A stretch of DNA of 64,000 nucleotides from Bdellovibrionales bacterium (lineage in GTDB: Bacteria > Bdellovibrionota > Bdellovibrionia > Bdellovibrionales > UBA1609), in the NCBI GenBank assembly GCA_965199825.1, contig OZ241329.1:416001-480000 (forward strand), read 5' to 3'. The translations under genes and the position numbers were made by a program. This document shows, one piece after another, positions 59,593 to 64,000 of the stretch (its first letter is position 1; each line of letters starts with the position of its first letter). Below the pieces are notes generated by a model that was not told where the DNA came from, did not search any database, and saw nothing but the letters and a program-made list of their open reading frames with translations.

Positions 59593-60411
59593 ATGGAGCA
59601 TTCAAAAATTCATTTGGCTGCGGTTGAGGCAGCCGACACTCATCGTAAATCTGAAATGGAGTTGCTCAATGCTTTGGAGCTCGTTTGGAAAAACAAAACT
59701 TTTGTGAAATATGGCTGTCGTTCATTGTTTGAATATTCAACCAAGCACCTCAAATTATCCGAAGAGATGGCGAGCATCGTAAATAAAATTGCAAAAAAAT
59801 TTACCGAAATTCCTGAACTCAAACTTCAAATGGAAACGGGCGATCTTTCGCTTTCAAAAGTGAATCGCATCACCGCAGTTGTAAACAAAGAAAATCTCAA
59901 TCACTGGGTCAATGTGGCCAAAGGAACCAAACGCAATCTCGAAAAAGAAATCGCAAAAGCTCAACCCGAAAAGGCTATACCCGAGCGGGCACGACATCAA
60001 AAAGCTGGAGATACACTACGAGTCGCAATATCTTACTCAATGACCCAAGAGGAGTTCGCACTTTTTGAACGAACCCAAGATCTCTTAAGTCAAAAATTGA
60101 AACGGCCCGCAACCCTTGGTGAAGTTCATCTTGCCGCAATTCAAGAGCTGAGCGCGAAATTGGATCCGCTCAAAAAACCTTTACGTTCAAAACAAGGCGG
60201 TACAACAAAATTGACCATCACTTTAAAACGTCAGGTTCATCACAATTATAATAGCCAATGCACTCATGTTGATGAAAATGGCGAGCGTTGTTCAGCCCGA
60301 CGCCATTTAGACATTCATCATATCATTCCGAAATCGAGAGGTGGAACGGACCTCGAAGACAATTTAACCATTTTATGTTCGGGTCATCATCGTGCCCATC
60401 ATCGAAAATAA
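59593..60411 (+). CDS. HNH endonuclease with DUF222-like helical N-terminus
   Basis: SD AGGAG at 59582, ATG 59593; 'GCRSLFEY...LKLSE', 'GDLSLS'; C-terminal CTH...C...LDIHHIIP.SRGG...NLTILCSGHH. Confidence 0.85.
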   Translation: MEHSKIHLAAVEAADTHRKSEMELLNALELVWKNKTFVKYGCRSLFEYSTKHLKLSEEMASIVNKIAKKFTEIPELKLQMETGDLSLSKVNRITAVVNKENLNHWVNVAKGTKRNLEKEIAKAQPEKAIPERARHQKAGDTLRVAISYSMTQEEFALFERTQDLLSQKLKRPATLGEVHLAAIQELSAKLDPLKKPLRSKQGGTTKLTITLKRQVHHNYNSQCTHVDENGERCSARRHLDIHHIIPKSRGGTDLEDNLTILCSGHHRAHHRK

Positions 60412-60414
60412 ATT

Positions 60415-61323
60415 TTAGCGAACACCTGCGTAATCCAAAGTTGCTCGCTGAACCAAAATATCTACGACTTGAGCAAACTCAATTCCATCTTTGGCCGCCG
60501 ACTTCGGCAGTAAAGATGTCTTGGTGCAACCTGGGAGGGTGTTGATTTCAAGAACATACAATTGGTGATCGGGTGTCACACGAAAATCTACACGCGAGTA
60601 CACGCGGCATTGAGTCACTTGATGCACCTTTAAAGAAATTTTCCTGATCTTTTCGACCACATCATCGGGCAATCGGGGCGGTAAAATGTATTCGGTTTTG
60701 CCGGCGGTGTATTTTCGTTGGTAGTCGTAAAATCCTTCTTGAGGCACGATCTCGATTGGAGTCAATACTCGATCATCCAAGATGGGCACCGTGATTTCCA
60801 TGCCTGGAATAAATTCTTCTACCAAAATTTCTTTGTCGTATTTTAGTGCGTCCACAATGCCGCGATTAAATTCATCGAGATTGTGCGCAACCGAGATGCC
60901 GACGGTGGATCCATCTCGCGAGGGTTTGATCACCACCGGAAATTTTAATTTTTTCAAAACTGGCGCGGTTTCATTTTTAAAAAATTCGAATTCAGGACTT
61001 AAAATATTGTGAAATGATAAAATTTGTTTAGTGAAATATTTGTTCATACAAAGGGCCGAGGCCATGACGCCCGAGCCCGTGTAGGGAATTTTCATATATT
61101 CACACAAGCCTTGCACCGTACCGTCTTCGGCATACTTGCCGTGAAGTGCTAAGAGTGCAACATCCGGCTTCACCCCAGCAAGGCGTAAAGGTAAATCAAG
61201 TCCAGCATCGATCACGACATACTCGTGACCAAGAGTTCGTAAGGCCTCTTCAAAAGCCCGACCCGTGTTGAGTGCAACCTCGCGCTCCGAACTCATTCCG
61301 CCCATCACAAGTGCAATTTTCAT
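60415..61323 (-). CDS. ddl: D-alanine--D-alanine ligase
   Basis: MGGMSSEREV, LHGKYAEDG, GSTVG, YDYQRKY, EINTLPG. Confidence 0.96.
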   Translation of the reverse strand: MKIALVMGGMSSEREVALNTGRAFEEALRTLGHEYVVIDAGLDLPLRLAGVKPDVALLALHGKYAEDGTVQGLCEYMKIPYTGSGVMASALCMNKYFTKQILSFHNILSPEFEFFKNETAPVLKKLKFPVVIKPSRDGSTVGISVAHNLDEFNRGIVDALKYDKEILVEEFIPGMEITVPILDDRVLTPIEIVPQEGFYDYQRKYTAGKTEYILPPRLPDDVVEKIRKISLKVHQVTQCRVYSRVDFRVTPDHQLYVLEINTLPGCTKTSLLPKSAAKDGIEFAQVVDILVQRATLDYAGVR

Positions 61324-61335
61324 AATCCCCCCATT

Positions 61336-62238
61336 TTAAAAACGACCTAAAAACTGAACCTCAGGCTGCAGTTCGATACCGAATTTTTGCAGCACCACAC
61401 TTTGTATATGCTCAATCAGCAGCCTTGCATCTTTTGCTTTAGCCAAACTTTTTTTATTTACTATAAAATTGGCGTGTTTTTCAGACACTTCAACTTCACC
61501 AATTTTAAAACCTTTAAGTCCTGCTTTTTCGATCAATGAGCCGGCAGACTGACGAGGTGGATTTTTAAAAACAGAGCCACAACTCGGAAATTCGAGGGGC
61601 TGCTTTGAGAGCCTCACGCGAGTGGCCTCTTTGACTCGACCCATTACCGAAAGATCTGGCGTCATCGGCCAACTGATCTCGACTTCAGCAATCACACCCG
61701 GCTTCCAGCCTAAGGATTTTCGGTAAGACCATTGAATTTCAGACTTCTCAAATCGCCTTAGGACACATTCTGAATTTTCGATTCGTAAAACAGTCACCGC
61801 ATCAACAAGCTCGTTGAATTCGCGAGGCTCCATGAGTTCGCTGACTCCGGCATTCATCACCACGCCCCCACCTACATCGCCTGGAAGGCCACATAAAAAA
61901 AGTGCGGGTGAGAGTTTGTTTTTTAAAAAGATTTTGAGCAATTCGGATTTTGGTGTTCCGGCTAAAGTTTTAATAAATATTTTTTGGTCGCGAATTTCGT
62001 GATCGATTTTTTTTAATTCTTTCATATGAATCACGAGGCCCTTGATGCCCTCATCCGAAATCAAAACATTGCTGCCGCCACCAAGCGGCACAACCGGCCA
62101 AGAATTTTTATGAGCCAAAACCAACAGACTTTTGAGATCTTCAAGCGTGCGAGGTGTGGCAAAGTGCTCGGCCGCACCGCCGATCTTCCACCAGGTGAGT
62201 TCCTTAAGACTGACCTCACTCAAAACTTCGAGCGACAT
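61336..62238 (-). CDS. murB: UDP-N-acetylenolpyruvoylglucosamine reductase
   Basis: KIGG.A, GGGSN, PGDVGGGVVMNAG, SCGSVFKNP, SEKHANF; start trimmed to MSLEVL. Confidence 0.94.
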   Translation of the reverse strand: MSLEVLSEVSLKELTWWKIGGAAEHFATPRTLEDLKSLLVLAHKNSWPVVPLGGGSNVLISDEGIKGLVIHMKELKKIDHEIRDQKIFIKTLAGTPKSELLKIFLKNKLSPALFLCGLPGDVGGGVVMNAGVSELMEPREFNELVDAVTVLRIENSECVLRRFEKSEIQWSYRKSLGWKPGVIAEVEISWPMTPDLSVMGRVKEATRVRLSKQPLEFPSCGSVFKNPPRQSAGSLIEKAGLKGFKIGEVEVSEKHANFIVNKKSLAKAKDARLLIEHIQSVVLQKFGIELQPEVQFLGRF

Positions 62239-63559
62239 CGTCCCCCACTTTCCAAACATCGCCGGCACCCAAGGTCACCAAGATACTGAGAGGCGATAAA
62301 GCAGCAATGAGGCTTGCCAGATTTTTGCGTGAGGATAAATAAAATATGTTTTTATGCAAGTTTTCGCTCACCAAAGCTTTTGAAGTGACACCTTGGATGG
62401 GCTCTTCGCCGGCAGCGTAAATATCGAGAACAAAAACCGATGAGGCATTTTCAAAACAATCTTTAAATTGATTCCAACACAAGTCGGTGCGCGAGTAACG
62501 ATGCGGTTGAAAGAGCACCACCACTTTTTTATCAGGAAACATCTCATGAAATCCTGAAAGCACCGCTTTGATTTCGGTGGGATGATGAGCGTAGTCATCA
62601 TAAAATAAGATATCTCCCACTTCGTTGCGTTTTTGAAAGCGGCGGCCCACTCCACGAAAATTTTTGAGCGCAAGGGCTGCCGACTCATAAGAAATGCCTG
62701 CTTCATTGGCCGCAATAAAAGCAGCCGTGGCATTCAGAGCGTTGTGCACTCCTGGAAGAGGCAAAGCAAACCGCACTAAGGATTCGCCCTCGCGGAAAAT
62801 TTCGAAGCCAGTGCCTTGGCGCTTAAGGATCACGGTATTGCTCGAGTCGAGGCCATAAAAAACGATGCGCTTACCAAAATCAGCAAATAATTTTCTGGTG
62901 ACGGGATCATCCCCGCACACAATCAACAAACCATAAAAAGGAATGCGCGCCGCAAATTCTTGAAAGGCCCGGTGCAAATTTTCGATTGTGCCGTAATGAT
63001 CGAGATGATCATTGTCGACGTTGGTAATGATGATCACCTCGGGCGACAAGCGATTAAAGCTGCCATCGCTTTCATCCGACTCGGCGATCAGCCAATCGCC
63101 GCGACCAAACTGGGCGGTGGATTGGATCACCTCAAGTCGCCCGCCCACAACAATTGTGGGATCAAGGTGAGCATTCAAAAAAATGGAGGCCACAAGGCTC
63201 GTTGTTGTGGTTTTGCCATGTGTGCCCGCGACTGAGAGTCCCCTCTTGAGGCGCATCAACTCGGCAAGGGCCTCGGCTCTTGGGATCAATGGAATTTTAT
63301 CAAGAATGGCTTGGCGGTATTCGGGATTGCTCGGCTTGATTGCTGAGGAATAAACCACCACTTCGCAATTGTGAAGATTTTCGGCACGGTGACCAATCGC
63401 AATCGGAATATGATGACTGCGCAAATGCTGCACCTGTTGATTTACCGCAACATCTGAGCCTGAGACCTTGGCACCCATTGTATGAAGGAGCTCGGCTATG
63501 CCACTCATGCCAATGCCGCCGATACCGATAAAATGAACTTTAGCTTGCGAAAGACGCAT
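62216..63559 (-). CDS. murC: UDP-N-acetylmuramate--L-alanine ligase
   Basis: HFIGIGGIGMSG, GTHGKTTT, DESDGSF, DDYAHHPTE, FQPHRYSR. Confidence 0.97.
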   Translation of the reverse strand: MRLSQAKVHFIGIGGIGMSGIAELLHTMGAKVSGSDVAVNQQVQHLRSHHIPIAIGHRAENLHNCEVVVYSSAIKPSNPEYRQAILDKIPLIPRAEALAELMRLKRGLSVAGTHGKTTTTSLVASIFLNAHLDPTIVVGGRLEVIQSTAQFGRGDWLIAESDESDGSFNRLSPEVIIITNVDNDHLDHYGTIENLHRAFQEFAARIPFYGLLIVCGDDPVTRKLFADFGKRIVFYGLDSSNTVILKRQGTGFEIFREGESLVRFALPLPGVHNALNATAAFIAANEAGISYESAALALKNFRGVGRRFQKRNEVGDILFYDDYAHHPTEIKAVLSGFHEMFPDKKVVVLFQPHRYSRTDLCWNQFKDCFENASSVFVLDIYAAGEEPIQGVTSKALVSENLHKNIFYLSSRKNLASLIAALSPLSILVTLGAGDVWKVGDDVARSFE

Positions 63560-63565
63560 GGCCGC

Positions 63566-64000
63566 TCATAGTGATGATGTGCTCTGGTCGAAGTCAAAAA
63601 GAAAGTGTGCGAGCTGCTGTGCAGCCTCGGGGATATAAAATTGCGCAGCCTCTTTCGACATCGATTCAAGCTTTGATGGATTTTTGATTAAACTCTCAAC
63701 CGTAATTTCTAAAATTTCTGGAGAGAAATTTTTTTGAGCGATCATCACCGCAGCCCCTTTTTTTAAAAACGCCTCGGCATTTTTAATTTGATGATCATCA
63801 GCCGCCGTGGGTAGTGGAATTAAAATTGCCGGTTTTTTTGCGGCTGCCAATTCAAACAGAGTTCCCGTGCCTGAGCGTGCCACCACGAGATCGGCATGGG
63901 CATAGCGCTTATCCATATCGTAAAGATAAGGCACGACCTCAATCCACGAAGGAGCTTCACCATAAATTTTTTGAACCCGTTCAAAATCATGCGGGCCTGT
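63566..64000 (-). CDS. murG: MurG, C-terminal part (truncated by the window edge)
   Basis: ADLVVARSG, ELAAAKKPAILIP, DDHQIKNA; position upstream of murC. Confidence 0.9.
   Translation of the reverse strand, partial: TGPHDFERVQKIYGEAPSWIEVVPYLYDMDKRYAHADLVVARSGTGTLFELAAAKKPAILIPLPTAADDHQIKNAEAFLKKGAAVMIAQKNFSPEILEITVESLIKNPSKLESMSKEAAQFYIPEAAQQLAHFLFDFDQSTSSL

Noticed and set aside
59560..60411. IscB/Cas9-like or TIGR-Tas effector
   Set aside because: No RuvC motifs, PLMP N-terminus or Nop domain recognisable; only a helical N-terminus plus HNH.

Overview
Bacterial chromosomal DNA that looks like a predatory Bdellovibrionota organism (inferred from the gene families). The backbone carries a Glt-type gliding cluster with a GYF-PilZ gene, rsmI, purH, mlaEFD, alr, a degenerate GGDEF protein next to a histidine kinase lacking its His, addAB-like genes, three FadL/TraF-like barrels with lipoproteins, coaE, a Ser/Thr kinase, fadD, an M3 peptidase, nadK, recN, lpxH and the dcw cluster (murG-murC-murB-ddl-ftsQ-ftsA-ftsZ). 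The most unusual features are two independent 'repeat array + lone nuclease' inserts. (1) About 22 copies of a TTTGTCGTGCCCGC core, with reused G/T-rich spacers (32-42 bp period), lie upstream of a DUF222-like/HNH nuclease wedged between ddl and ftsQ. The gene itself carries a perfect inverted copy of the core. (2) About 200-bp units with two alternating conserved motifs lie upstream of a RAYT-like HUH (Y1) transposase. There are also tandem families of orphan secreted proteins sharing a terminal Cys-Leu tag, including a hidden deletion pseudogene. No rRNA, tRNA, cas genes or canonical CRISPR array was recognised. All calls come from reading the sequence; no database searches were run.
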